Source: Phoronis australis (Eukaryota; Animalia; Phoronida). From it: 64,000 nucleotides of DNA. Under the pieces are notes generated by a model. That model searched no databases and was not told the origin of the DNA. It was given only the letters and a program-made list of their open reading frames with translations. The stretch is from assembly GCA_002633005.1 (NCBI GenBank), contig NMRA01000480.1, positions 254,172 to 318,171 on the forward strand, given 5' to 3'. Numbering within the stretch: the first letter of the stretch is position 1; each line of letters starts with the position of its first letter. Shown here piece after piece: positions 48,766-63,100 of the stretch. Both the position numbers and the translations under genes were made by a program.

Positions 48766-51489
48766 GGAGATGACACCATTTACTACGTAATACAACACTG
48801 CGTGTATTATCTTACTCATATGGAGTACATTAGCCTGCGCGAAAGTAGTTCACTTCTATGCTTTTGCTCGGTAGACGGCGCTTTTGTAAACATGGTGGCT
48901 CGCTCTGATTTCGGCAGTAGGCCTATCGCGTTTCTGAATCACTGTAAATGTTACTGAACAACTGTTTTAAATGCCGACTCAGATCAATTTCCGAACCGGG
49001 AATCTAACTGGGGCCAGTCATACACGCCTGTACGTTGTAGGCTACTTGCATAAAAAGTGAGGGAAAAGGGGTCTGAATGAAAGGTACATTGGTGATTTTC
49101 GACACATCACTGTGACTGTGGCCGCTTGGACTTCGACTTCAGAGTTCAGTCTTATCACACCTAACTACTTTGGAAACAAGTCGGATATAATGTTTCCTGG
49201 TTTTGAGAATGACGCGATCAACATGTTGCAATATTAACTTCAGTGCAGGTTCACTAGTTATAGCTCACAGAGTCAGACTGTGTGAGCCAGAACACACCAG
49301 TGACAGCAAATGTCTAGACTTGACCAGGCGAATACACGTGTTGTTGGTCACTTTATACTAAGGAAAAATGGGAAACGAACAACAGGACAAGGATATGGTC
49401 GAAAAAAGTTGATGAATGTAACAACTGAATAACATTCCTATTATTCAGTGGATTAGACAGTGACCACCGTCTCTAACTAGCATTTTGTTTTGTTCAAAAC
49501 CCACACAGCTGCAGAAATCAGCAAGAATGGATGTCAGCAATCTCATTGCTCAGTCTTAAGATCGACAGAAACATGTACTAATGGATTGATTCGCCATCTG
49601 TTTCTAAGAAGCCAACAGGAGCAAACAGTTAGTTGACCATGGGTATTCAGTATCTGAGAATTATCAACAATCCAACCCTTTCTTGTCAAAAATGTCTAAA
49701 GATACAACCGAGAAACTTGATCGGAAACTGTTGTTTAAAATCAGTACATATTTGGATGACCTTTGCAAGAATTCAGGAAAAATGTGCTTCAACTTCCCAT
49801 GAGGAACCTGGATGACAAGCCGCTTCTTTGGAAAATTGTGAAAGAAGTGGACAATCGTCCACATGGGCTACCACTTCTGTTACTATGTGTCATTCACTAC
49901 ATATCGGTATGACTAAGAATGAATTCACTGTAGCCATAATGTATGGGATACATGTAGATGTTTGCCAAAAACCCTCAACTCTGTGCTGTACAGAGGCTAT
50001 TGACTGCTGCGTGCATTCGTCATCATGCTGACAATGGTGCATGTTTGAACATTTTTCATGGCAAGAGATGGATCACGTTTATAGCTTATAATTGTTTTTA
50101 ACATATATTTTTAGCAAACGTGACGAAGTTGACGATAGCAATTAGATAGGTGATTACAAATTCTCCAGATTGAGACATCCTCCTAAATTCAGAACACAGA
50201 AATCATTGCTGAAATTTAATTTTTTCATCTTGAAATTTGAGGCCTGAGTGATTTTTATTTTTTTGTACTTTTCAAATTCTTAACGCTATGTTGTAGCATA
50301 ACAGGTTGCAAGATTACTCTTGTAAGTTCATAAAAAGTGACTTTCATGACAAACATTTAACAATTTGTTACCATTCCCCTTGAATTTTTGACACACAATT
50401 GTGTGAATTTCTAAAAATTGTGACAAGCTCCCACTTTGAACAAAATAATTATTCACTGTCCCAAACTAGAGAATTTTTGCGTAATTAATTTTTGAATTTC
50501 TTATGTAGTTAACTGTAAAACTGATGGATGAGTGTTCTTGTTTATGAGAGGATCTGCTTTAAGAAAAAAGGTTATAAAAGTGATGACAATTTATTGTTTA
50601 GCTTTTGATCTTAAGTGATGGTGTGGTAGTTTTCACCAGCTTTAAAAATGTCAGTGACAAAAGGTAGAGTTCATAAGTGACAACAGATATCAATAGTCCA
50701 TTTCAGTTAGTGACTCTGAAGCAGATGCTTATGGTGGCAGTACTCGTGTGGTTAAAGAGTCATGACATAATGCTTTCGATTTAAAAATCTTGAGGAACTC
50801 TCTGATATGTAAGCTACAACTGTTTTTCTCACAAGAAATGATGTTTGTGTGTTGTCAAAATCATTTGCATGCTGAGTTAGCCACTGAATGATCTCAGTGA
50901 TTCGTATGGTTAAGGGGGTTTTGATCAAAGAATAATATTTATTTTAATTGGCTAGACTGATACATACCCAGGGAACTTGTGCCATGTGATAAAATGTTAT
51001 TGTTTACATATGTTTTGGAAAAAATAAGTGGCTTAACGAGATCATGAAATGTTACAATTGTGTCTTTAGCATCTAACGTCAATGTATAATACAGGATTAC
51101 TTTTACATAAACATTTAAAATGTTATTGATTTTGAATTTCCTATATATAGTTAAGGTTAAGAAGGCATGCCTACGTGATGTTCTCTGTACATTTGTTGAT
51201 TTGATAACACTATCAATGATGGCGTTACTGTATCAAAAATAAAAAATTAAAGGGCAATTTTGATAGTAAAATCACCGATGAAAATCTTATTTTAATGATG
51301 TGGATTTTCGACTCTGTTCCAATTTTTGTACTTCAGGGTGACCTAAAAGGGCTGCTGGGTTCCTTGTTAATTCCAGGTTGTATCTCTTGGGAGGGATTTT
51401 TTATTTAGTGCATCTGCATTGAATAAATTTATGTTTTTGATTATTTTTTGGCATCTTTCCAAGATTTCCGTAAAATTCCAGACTCAGTC

Positions 51490-51856
51490 GCTTTAGCGTA
51501 TCTAGTAGGTGGCATTTTCAATAACTTTATCCAATATTTTACAAGAGTGACATAGTTATTTGCATAGAGCGGGTAAATTCCCCATTCACCCAAATACAGC
51601 TGCGTTTAAGCAAGAGTTTCCAACTACAAGACTAATTTTACAGAATTTAACATATCCCCAGATTTCCGCCCGTAGCACATAGTTGGCACAGGAGTTTTAT
51701 CAAACAGTTCAAGTTATAGGCTCAATGGTAATTCCGTGCAGCGGTTTTTAATTTTAGAGATAGACATAGCAGCTTTACTACCTTGACGTGCCAGAGTTTT
51801 AGCGGCTTTGGACCTAACTAAGCTGGGTGTAAAAGCTATTCCAAGATATTTATATT
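51490..51856 (-). mobile_element. Degenerate LINE ORF2 fragment
   Basis: YKYLGIAFTPSL..KAAKTLARQGSKA and GEWGIYPLY....VKYWIKLLKMP; homologous to the copy at 54680. Confidence 0.75.
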
Positions 51857-53913
51857 ATATTTTTATCAATTTTTTAGATTTTGAAAAAGTTCTTCAATAT
51901 AATTGGAAAAATAATGCATCCCACTCAATAACAATTAAATAATTATCAAAATCGGGTTAAGCAGTGCAAATTTATCGCAATTTTGGTGACAAAATTTGGG
52001 TCATTTGTTTGGATCGCGTCGGTCATCTTGGACAACAGCGGCATAAGTTACGAGTTTATAACCGTGTATAACCTATTTTCACCGATAATTTACGATGGAA
52101 TGTAGTGAGAAAAATATATATACATGTACCTACTATTCTGAGCGATTCAATAATTTTCACTAGATTTCAGCCACGCAGATGTTACTTATTAAGTTATAAA
52201 TGTGCTCACAATTCCCGTAACAATTCCGGCGGACCAACAACATGGCGACTTACGCTAAACTGAAGGGCATGCTCAATCGGCTATTTTGTACTTGGTGAAG
52301 ATTTAACTTTGATACATTTTGATGAAAGCTGCTATAAAAGCAAATTTACACAAAGTTTATGTTTTTGTGCAAAAAATATACCGAATACTGTAATTATTGT
52401 AATGTGAAATACCCATTCAGTTGACCATACCCTCAGCTTAAGAGTAGTTGAAAAAGTTTTGAAATCGTTTTTTCTTTGAAAGTCAGTTGTGCTTCAAGGT
52501 TTGATTATGTGCCACAACATAATTCATATTTTTCTAAATTTTACGTATGGATCTTTCTTTTAATACATGCTTGTAAATCTTTGCTTTCTTAATTCAAGTT
52601 ATCAACAGCAGAATGTAAAGGTTCTTAACCAGAGTAATAGGCCATGTTGGATTGTGAAGTTTACATCCTCCAATCCTTTTTCCAGGCAAGTTCTTATTTT
52701 TTGAAATCATGCTTGTCGAATTCTAATGTAAGGAAACACGTGGTCGCCAAGGTAATAGTAAGGCATATCCACTTTCATATCATGTAAATTTGTCGTGTTA
52801 TTGTATAACGTTTGTAATGCTTAAATATTCTAAGGTATTGTGAAGTCTAATTTACTTATTTCGGTAAAAGATAAAATCATTTTGGCTTACTCATGAACTT
52901 TACTATACTGGGATTATTTCAGTTTTGACTTACATGTATGTACAGTAGATGTAACCTTCAACTACCTTGAAAGTCTTTCACTGTAGAAACCAAACATATA
53001 ATTCCGACTGAAAGCACTTGATTTTAATTAGAACTGTGGATTAAATCATAATCGTCCTCGGATTTGTTCCTGATTTCTATGACTCAGTGACCAAAGCATT
53101 ATAGAATTAGCTTTCCATAATGAATGCCTGTAGTAATATGTTCACTGGCACCTTCAGATAATATTTCTTGATGCCTCGGGTTTATTACTTTTTCAATAGA
53201 TTAACACATAAATTTAAAAAAAACAAGTTCAGAAGACTTCCATTTCAAGTGTTCTTGAAATTCTGTCATTGAGATTGTGACCTCCATTCAAATTACAATT
53301 ATATCTATTACTTAATTAAAAGGTGACATCCTTCTTACTCACTGCTGGAAATGAAGAAAATGAAAACTGTAATATTTTGATTAGACTTTATTATCTGTGA
53401 TACACTGGTGTTTACATCTCGTTAGTAAAAAAAACAATATAGCTATGCCAAAAAATGGAAGGCCTCTTCTCAGAATTAACTCGGTTGAAGTCGAATAAGA
53501 TCATTACTGCTGGGCTTTTCTAATTAACCAAGATGTGCGGACAAGAACTGCTCTGTGCAACAGATTCACACAGTGCTATTATTTGTGTTGAAAAGCAGTT
53601 ATTTTGGTGTGAAACTATGTTTTTAAAGTACAAACTCACTACGGTCTGTCAGTAGGCCCACAGCACGATGTGAGAGACATAATATTCACATAGGTCTGTC
53701 TGTATGTCACACAATGTCATTGCCATGGCATCTCAAAAAGGAATTTGCGGATTTTATTCATATTTTGGACTGAGGTGTAGGCTAGGTGGGATATCTCCAA
53801 GCGCAAGTTGATATTGTTCTGAATAGGGATTCTTTCATGCTCTTAAATTCCCCTTGTATTTTTTACAAATATCAATATTTTAGTTTCGCGAAGCAGTTAG
53901 GCTAAATTTTTAA

Positions 53914-54235
53914 AGGCGAAGACAACCTTTTTCATGTCTTTATTAGCAAAATAAGGTTCGTTGATTATCCCAGACATATTTTCCACTTTATTACAGCTTT
54001 TCGTAATTTGCTTACTTATTCGGAAGTGACGTTTTGGGAGGCAAGAATTTCGCGCCAATTTCTTTACAAATAGTCTGACTGTGAGAGCTGCCGAGTCAGT
54101 CATTGTTCTATCTCAGATGTGATAAGTTCGGTCGTCGTTTGCTTTTGTTTACGAGTCAGTCAACATGCCACACTGATGCTGCGTACCGGGATGTACTAAT
54201 TATCGTCTCACGGACAGAGGAATAACCGTCTCACT
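53914..54235 (+). mobile_element. Left end of another Kolobok-like element with a THAP start
   Basis: TTAA|AGGCGAAGACAACC followed by MPH*CCVPGCTNY at 54164, truncated. Confidence 0.6.
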
Positions 54236-54504
54236 TGCCCGAGTGTCCAGCGACACACTGCCGCTGGATGGTGACCTGAGCACACAAACTGCTTACACCC
54301 TGCCGTGTGACTGCCTCGCCACACACCTGGCACCTTCTTAATAGCTCCAATACTTTAGACAAGTCCACAATAAACTTATATAAGTTTGGCTCACCGATCA
54401 TTGAACAACGAACTGTCCTCTTCAGTGGGTTTCGAACGGAGCCTGTATTCAGTCCCTCTACTTAACATCGCAGCAGGGCTGCTTATAGGCTTTAGGTCAT
54501 AATA

Positions 54505-54670
54505 ATTGTTTGATAAACTATTGCACAGCCATGTATATTGTTTGATAAACTATTGCACAGCCTTGTATATTGTTCGATAAACTATTGCACAGCCATATAT
54601 ATTGTTTGATAAACTATTGCACAGCCTTGTATATTGTTTGATAAACTGTTGCACAGTCTTGTATATTGTA
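54505..54670. repeat. 32-bp minisatellite, left block
   Basis: attgtttgataaactattgcacagccatgtat, about five copies. Confidence 0.95.
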
Positions 54671-55631
54671 TTGAGAAAATACGAAAAACGGCATTTTGGA
54701 AATGACAAAATTGATGTCGTCTCATCATATAAGTACCTGGGTATTTGCCTTACACCTAAATTAGTCTGGACGCAAGCTACGGAAACTTTGTCTCGCCAGG
54801 CACACAAAGCAATTTTTTCAATTAAACGTTTTCATTCAAAATGTGGACGACTTTCACCGAAAATTGCACTCGAGATTTTTGGGAAGGTATCCAATTTATG
54901 TAAAGCTGTTTGTTAAACTGATCAAGTATTGGTTTAAATTGTTAAAAATGCCAGCACATCGAAATCCAAAATCTGTCTATGACAAGCTTGTCACAGTGGA
55001 TGAGGCTGGTAGGAAAAATTGGGCTTCACCTGTTAGGAATTTGCTGCAAAGGTATGGTTTTGGTTTGGTATGGTACAATCAGGGAGTTGGCTGCGAAGCA
55101 TCGTTTCTTGTCCTTTTTGAGAAGACAATTAAAGATTGCATTTTACATGACTGGAGCTTTACTGTGGAGAATAGCTCAAAACTTAATACATATTTCTCAT
55201 TTAAAATTGATTTTGAAATGGAATGCTATCTGTTGCGGGATATTCCATATATCTTTTTAGCAGCTATGGCTAAATTACGTTGCTCCAACCACAACTTGAT
55301 GATAGAGAATGGTAGACATGCTCTCGTGGACCAAAAATACCGTGTGTGTTGTTTCTGTGTGTCCCTAATTGAAGATGAATACCATTTTATATGTGTTTGT
55401 AAAATGTACTGCTCTCTGAGAACTGCATTTATACCTGAGTTCCGCTGGCGTGAACCAAATAAACATAAATTTGTAAAACTAATGAAAATGTCGGAGCCCA
55501 TTGCTCAGATTAATCTAATGAAATTTGTATTTCACGCCACTGCTCTCAGGGAAAAGCTGCTCAGCGTTATCCTGTAAATTTTATGTAACATGTGGGCCAA
55601 GGCCTTCAATGTTGAAATACATGCATTTGAA
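54671..55631 (+). mobile_element. 5'-truncated non-LTR retrotransposon (RTEX/CR1-like ORF2 C-terminus)
   Basis: YKYLG thumb motif; LGRYP..IKYW.KLLKM; KLRCSNHNLMIENGR; C-terminal CCHC (CCFC..IEDEYHFICVC); stop at 55577 and a short 3'UTR. The clade assignment is inferred. Confidence 0.88.
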
Positions 55632-55795
55632 TATTGTTTGATAAACTATTGCACAGCCATGTACAATGTTCGGTAAACTATTGCACAGCCATGTATATTG
55701 TTTGATAAAATATTGCACAGCCTTGTATATTGTTTGATAAACTATTGCACAGCCATGTATATTGTTCGATAAACTATTGCACAACCATGTATATT
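55632..55795. repeat. 32-bp minisatellite, right block
   Basis: Same unit as the 54505 block, about five copies. Confidence 0.95.
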
Positions 55796-57049
55796 TTCTC
55801 AGGCAAAGTTGTATTTTGCCTATTCTATGTATTTTTAAATAAATTTTAAAATAAACTGTGTGATTAGATAAATTTCTTACCTTCTATATTATGAGTTTTT
55901 CATCTAAAATATTTGCAGTGTAAATACAACCAGCCTATTGGGATGCGTCTTTTTGACAAAATTCGTTCTCAACCAATGTAACTTACAGTATAGGACTTTT
56001 TTGATTGTGCTCTACATGAAAATCCGTGTCAAAGGGAAGGTCACAAGTAGTTCTAGTCAGTTGGACAGTTTCATGATGCCTTCTTAACCGAGGTAGCTCA
56101 ACCAGCTAGTTCTCTATTGTGTTTGCAAGGAATGGAAGTAATTGAACCTTGCGCGTCAGTTAACAGATCTAATCGGGTTTGACTTGAATTTTCACCCAAC
56201 ACAACTGTGTTGGTTCATCTTCATAGTTGAAATCACAGGAACTCATTGCTCAGGTGTACGCCATAAATAAAAGGTTAGCTTATAGGCGTAAATAACGTCA
56301 TATGAATCTCCGAAAAGACTCGAAAAAATGTCAGTTTATTGCCGCAAATGTTCGACTTAATTGCCAAATAATTCTGGCAAGATGGCTATCTATGTTTGGC
56401 AGATCCGGAACAAATTCTGTCGAAGTCTATTTGGTTTATTTTGAGAACTACTATACGTTTGCAATTTAGGTTCTTTGTGGCAACACAAAATTCGATTTCT
56501 CGTGTACCTTTCTTTGGCAACGATGCATTTGAATGATCTCGAAGAAAGGCCCACCAGTATCGATTTTCGATTTACACCCGTAAGTCTGCTTTGACTCCTC
56601 GTGTGGAACGCTAACTTACGAGATTACACTCTCCTCAAATAATTTCGGAATAAAAATAATTTCCAGAAACCAATGATTTTGTCAAGAATACACGTAATAA
56701 CTGTTCACGCCGGCGAGGAGGTGTTTGAACACGGCACACACCACTCGTCTTTGACAATGACTAAGATGGTGGAGCTCGTTAGATTTTTAGGTCAATTTTT
56801 AACACTACATTTGGTCGTGACATATACTGGTGACGTTAATGTGTTTGCAAGACGTGTTTAAAAGTATTCCTCAGCCATTACCACAGGTTCATTTCTCCTA
56901 TAGTACATGTTAATGCCCTCGGCTCCGCCTCGGTCATTCTCATAATATCACATTGACCTTGGGAAAGTCAGAAACTACTGCTTTTTTATTAAAAGTTGGA
57001 AAAGTCTGGTAATGCTACAGATTGTATTTTCTGTACACTTGCAGTAAGA

Positions 57050-57650
57050 CAGGCTTGCCAGTTGTTTCCAGTTTTGTTAACGTTATTTGTCAATATAGGT
57101 AAAATACATATGATAAAGGATCTAGTGTCTATTATCACGGTTGGCATGTTAAAATTTTAGTTTTTGTCGTTTGCTGATGACTTGATATTATTTTCTGAAT
57201 CATCTAACAACCTACTAAAATATAAATAATTTAGCAGAAAAATGGTATCTTGAGGGTAATCCTACTGAAGTCACATCAGAACATAGGTACCTTGGTATTA
57301 AATTTACACCGAAAGAGATACGGACAAGTGCTCAAAAATTCAAGCAGAACAAGCATAGAAAAGAATATTTTCTCTAAAATCGTATGTCAAAATTTGTTGA
57401 CACACCAGCTGAGATGTGCCTCAAATTAGCACACTCTAAGATAGCACCTATAGTTATCAATATAGCAGAAATATGGGGGAACTACATGGGTGACGATATC
57501 GGAGTTATGCATAAACATTTTAGTCAATCTTTGTTTAATTTAGGAAGAACGGCACTCAACCTTGCAGCCAGCGATGAATTGGAAAGATCGACTATTAGGG
57601 GTTGTGCATTATTAAAATGACATGTTGGTGTAAAAGGTTCTTGAAGTAGA
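57050..57650 (+). mobile_element. Highly degenerate LINE RT fragment
   Basis: SFADDLILFSES (~57165), RYLGIKFTP (~57285) and KIAPIVINIAEIWG. Confidence 0.7.
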
Positions 57651-57949
57651 AAAACGTGCATTTTTAATGAAATTTAGTTCATGATTGAAGCCTACATGAA
57701 TGTCAGAAATCAAATCTTTGTCATTCTTTCGCATTTTTTTCCATTGTTATTTCCTATTGGCTAACTCGCGTCTGACGTCACTGAGGCTGCACGTGGGTGA
57801 TGGCAATGAGATGAATTAAGCCTATTATAAATAGTTCATTGGGTGAAGGCCTCTCGGCTACAGAATTATACTTTATGTATATAACTCGTCTGCGATCTCG
57901 GCTTACAAATTTCATAATATAAGTTTACTGTTGTGTCGTGTTGACTATT

Positions 57950-60161
57950 AGCAGGAAGAGATAACCAGGAAGGGACAACTAGCTAAACCGCCGTTTTTGG
58001 CCTCCTTCCCCGGACTAATTTCAGGACTTAAGTTTCGTTTAAAAAGAAACAGATGATTTCATCAGAGAGATTAAAGCTTTTTCTATAGAAGGATATCAAA
58101 AAACTCACTTTGCAACCTTAAACAGTGGTGTAATTGTACTTTGAAAATATCGACTTCAGCGCACGCAATCGCACCTTCCCACACGCAGTCACGGGTATTT
58201 AAGCTTTTCCGTCGATGTATAGATGGCGCAGTAGTCAAGTACTCCCTCATTTGCATATCAAATTTGCATGTGGGAGTTCTGAGAGTCTCGCAAGTTTAGT
58301 TGCTGTCGAGCGCTTGAGTGGATAAAGCGGTGACCTCCCGCTGAGATCACGCACTGATGAAGATACCACAGCTAACTCGATCGCTTCGCAATCAGGAGGT
58401 GAAAACACTCCCATGACCGTAGTTCTAAATTCCAGCTAAGCAAGCCCTATTTCAAGGGGCGGACTTTGAATAGTTTTCATTCCCTTACAGTGGGTTGCAG
58501 AGAAGTTTAGAACTAGGTCAACATCGAACTTTCTGAGGCTAGCTATCGTGTTGACAAAAGTTTGAAGTGTCAGAACCATAGACTGAGCGCGCGAGAGGTC
58601 TATGATTCCTGTTCTAATCCAGTTGACGAAAAAANNNNNNNNNNNNNNNNNNNNNNNNNNNNNNNNNNNNNNNNNNNNNNNNNNNNNNNNNNNNNNNNNN
58701 NNNNNNNNNNNNNNNNNNNNNNNNNNNNNNNNNNNNNNNNNNNNNNNNNNNNNNNNNNNNNNNNNNNNNNNNNNNNNNNNNNNNNNNNNNNNNNNNNNNN
58801 NNNNNNNNNNNNNNNNNNNNNNNNNNNNNNNNNNNNNNNNNNNNNNNNNNNNNNNNNNNNNNNNNNNNNNNNNNNNNNNNNNNNNNNNNNNNNNNNNNNN
58901 NNNNNNNNNNNNNNNNNNNNNNNNNNNNNNNNNNNNNNNNNNNNNNNNNNNNNNNNNNNNNNNNNNNNNNNNNNNNNNNNNNNNNNNNNNNNNNNNNNNN
59001 NNNNNNNNNNNNNNNNNNNNNNNNNNNNNNNNNNNNNNNNNNNNNNNNNNNNNNNNNNNNNNNNNNNNNNNNNNNNNNNNNNNNNNNNNNNNNNNNNNNN
59101 NNNNNNNNNNNNNNNNNNNNNNNNNNNNNNNNNNNNNNNNNNNNNNNNNNNNNNNNNNNNNNNNNNNNNNNNNNNNNNNNNNNNNNNNNNNNNNNNNNNN
59201 NNNNNNNNNNNNNNNNNNNNNNNNNNNNNNNNNNNNNNNNNNNNNNNNNNNNNNNNNNNNNNNNNNNNNNNNNNNNNNNNNNNNNNNNNNNNNNNNNNNN
59301 NNNNNNNNNNNNNNNNNNNNNNNNNNNNNNNNNNNNNNNNNNNNNNNNNNNNNNNNNNNNNAATCTTCAGGGAATGACCCTATTAAAATGAACTTTTCCC
59401 GAAACCGTTGGGGATCAAAAAACGATCTTTGGAGCCAGAACACGGGCATAGGTTCGAGCTAAGCCGCACGTCCAAAATGAATCGTAGCGGAGCTGACCAG
59501 CGACTAGCATTAGTTCATCGAATTGCACGTGCATGGATCAGACTTCCCGGGGACCGCCACGACACCGGCCACCGTGGCTTAGGGTTAACGCTACTGAATT
59601 TCTGCTTTTAAATCTGGATTTAAGCAAAATGACAAAGTCCACGCATACACACACGCAAGTGTATCCAAATACAATTAAATGTATTTTCATGTGAAACCAT
59701 ACTCAATGTTCTTTGAACATTGACTTGGGTGAGTTCTTAGTTTTCTTTGAATCATACTCGATCAAGTAGACTACTGCGTTTCAAGTCATACACCATAGGC
59801 ACCTGACGTTTCAAATTGGAAGCTCGCGCCGTATGACGTCGTATGACGTAGGCGATGCGAGCCTCATTTGCTTATGTTAGTGACATCTGTTGGTTCAAAA
59901 AGAGGCTCATGCCCGAGTACATGCCTGGGAAGAAGCATCTTTTGGAAGGGTAAACATGTCACGTTCAAAGCATCCCAGTGCCAGTAATATGCAGTCTTTG
60001 AGGACCAGAGTGGTGTCATTTTATAGCTATAAAGAGTTTATAATCTTTCAAAAATAATGCTTGGATTCCAGATAACTTGAACATTTACTTTTGAAATCAC
60101 GTTTGAAATCACGTTAAAATGCGCTAAAACAGTTGTCCCTTCCTGGATATCTCTTCCTGCT
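57950..60161. mobile_element. TIR DNA element spanning the assembly gap
   Basis: About 31-bp TIR AGCAGGAAGAGATA(A/T)CCAGGAAGGGACAACT at both ends, flanked by a duplicated ATT/TATTA. Confidence 0.75.
58635..59361. other. Assembly gap (727 N)
   Basis: Run of N. Confidence 1.
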
Positions 60162-63100
60162 ATTAGTGACACGATGCCGTTCTGCATTAGCTCAAGGCAC
60201 GGGCCCTGGCCGCGTAGTTTTGCCTTGCGTAGTCTTGCCTTGGTGCAAACGGATGTGTACTAAATATACAGACGTTGCGCCGATGTGAGTAAAAACTGAT
60301 AAAAGAAAATCTGTCACAAAATTAGTGTCATTATAATACAGTCTTCTTTGAGTGAACTAAATTATTTACCGATGTTTAAAAATTGCGTTCTACCGTTCAC
60401 TCTGCTGCTTAGTGTGGTGCGCCGGGATGCCCCAACGTCACAGGGAAGAAAAACAAAAAGCACGGCCAAAGACCTATATCTCTTTATGTTGTGCAGCTTC
60501 AGTGACGTCACTACAACGGTGCTCGCAGTGGGGTTTTACAGAACTAATGAATTTTTGTTTTTCAAAGTAAAACAGAAGTATACTGTGAGAAGATGTGAAT
60601 GTCAGAAACCAATCTGTAGATTTTCACAGTTTATATTAAAATACTGAAACATTTAATTCAGGTCTCTTTTAAGCTCTTGAAAAGCTTGGAAAATAGGCAT
60701 GTTAAAGTGTGATATTCTTATCAACACGAGCATTCTGAATTAGATAAAAAAGTTGAGCACTTGATTTAAAATAGTTTATTTTCATATGGTTTGTGAATTG
60801 TTAGGTGCTTCCAAGGTGCTTTTGCATTTTAAACGTTTTAAACAGCGCTGCAATGACATTGAACACCTGATGCAACAAGAAAGGGCATCTTATTAATTAA
60901 GCAAATTAGATGTATTTATAGTACTCAATCCGACTCTCATGCTAGAGCCTAAAATGCGCGATTTTGATGTGCTAATCAGTTTTTGGTTGAGGTGGAGCGA
61001 TGATTTTGGTGTGACATGAGAGTTATTGAGAGCGAAGGCCACTTCTTGTTAGTATGCTCTCTGTATGGGGACCTTCGACTGAAATTTTGCGTTCCAATAG
61101 GAATGATTAGTGATAACGGGTCAAGACAATTTGGACGCAGAAATAAGACCCGACATGCTGTCACACTGGGTCCAAAACGTCATAATGGCGTCAAAATGAC
61201 GTAGTTGCGCCTTTTCGTAGTGCATCTTGTTACTGTCGATGACTTTTGTTTTTGTCCCGCATTCATACAGTTTTAATAACACACCGGTTAAATGGGCTGG
61301 ATAAGTGTTTATTGTACATGCATGTGCTTCAAGCCCTGCGGCTATTAAACATTACTGCAGAAACAAAATAGTTGCTGCTACACCACTTGCATGAAAAGGC
61401 TAAAAATCGTTCATGTTCCTGCGTGATACCTGCGTGCTGGCTAGGCACGTAGGAAACCAGCGAGTGACACGTTGATGAAGGGGTCACGTGCAGGAGTTGG
61501 TATTCCGTATCTAGATCTCTATGACTTAAAAGCAGAAAACAGTCTTGCCATTAATGACCTGAAAACAAAAACGAATGGAAGGGCTTTTCTGGGAGTTGTG
61601 TTCCAAATCATTTTGTGGCCGTGACTTGGGAAATGTGAGCAAAAATGCCTTGTTTGGGGAATGGAGATTTATTGAGAATGGGATTGAAGCGAATTTGACA
61701 CCGTGAATTGCAAAAAAAGGCCAACAATTCTGTTCACCCTCTCAAAACAGAACAATGTTTTGGAGATTACCCTAACCTAACACTTTATCAGGGGAAACAT
61801 AGTTTTGAAACCCACGTTTTTGATATTTAATTAAATTTTGATAAAAAAAATACTCTGACTCACATAAAAAAGCAAAATGTCGAGACCCACCCAGGCATTC
61901 ATAGACTGGGTGTAAATAAATGTTTGATGCTCCTTGTAATAGATTTAGTGTTTTCAAAAACAAATGAATAACTATGGTGGACAGACGGCGAGTAAAATAC
62001 CAACCGATAATTATAACATCCACTCGGTGGAACAAAACTTGGCTTAACATGTAAATGAACTGGATGATTGAAACCAACAAATGTAATCTTAATTTTACGT
62101 GTTTGTTGTTTGTTTTACAGGGTGTTCAGGAGTTAGAATATCGCTTAAATTGGCTCTTTTTACTTTTTACGCCAGATTCGTTCATTTTTATCCTTTTTAC
62201 CATACGTGTTAACTGTTGATTACCACCGAAGAATTTGGAAATGGAGATTTTCTCTTCAGTCCACTATGGCTTGGAACAAGTTTCAACTTAAAATTTACTC
62301 CTTAATACTAGCTTGTGATAGACCTTAGAGAACTGCATTCGGAACCTCACATATCAGAGTTGGCCAAATGGACCCAAATTCACATAAAACTTTTAGTTTT
62401 TCTAGGATATTTTTCTAAAATTTTCAGTTTTGCCATGAGGGATCATCAAAATTAAGGACCAAGGATTTTTTTGAAGAAATAAAAAGTTAAGCATAACGGA
62501 AACGAAAAGATAAATAAAAACATTTTATCATTATAATCCTCGAGATTTCGTCTGAGTTATTTACATCAAATGAAGTTTGGTCAAGCTATCGATATTTTTG
62601 TGCTACGAATGAAGCTTTATATTCAAGAATTTTTAGAAAAAACACAGTCACTTGACTCAACTAATGCCTAATTGTCGAAAAGTTACTTTCACAAAACATG
62701 TACTGTATTGATTGATATATGGTTTGGTGTTTGTACGTATGTTGATATTTGTCTACAGCCGAAGACTTGTCGATAAGGTCTTGCAATACCTTAACTTTTG
62801 CTCAGTTGATCGACCAAGCAGCGGCCGAAAGACCTCGGACAACAGGGCCTACTTCAGTTGTGAGACAGTGAGAAGGTATTTTGGGAGGAGAAAGCCCGTA
62901 TCTCTGGGCTGAGCAATATATTTTGCAAAAGAAGCCCACAAAATTTGGGTGAAATTGCCAAAAAAGGTTTACAAATTCTTTTTAGACTCATTTTAAAATT
63001 CCCAATGACCAAGGTACCTTCAGGTTCTCGTACTTACTTGTAAGACATATAACCCAAGTTACAGTTGAGGCACACGTATCGCCTACACAAGACCAATAAT

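Noticed and set aside
49500-50040. Coding-like stretch
   Set aside because: Multiple stops in all frames, no recognisable motif and no splice-consistent exon.
54236-54467. Solo LTR (AATAAA ... TTAACA)
   Set aside because: No identifiable 5' boundary, TSD or second copy.
58436-59462. Long ORFs of 271-337 aa
   Set aside because: Artefacts of the N gap.
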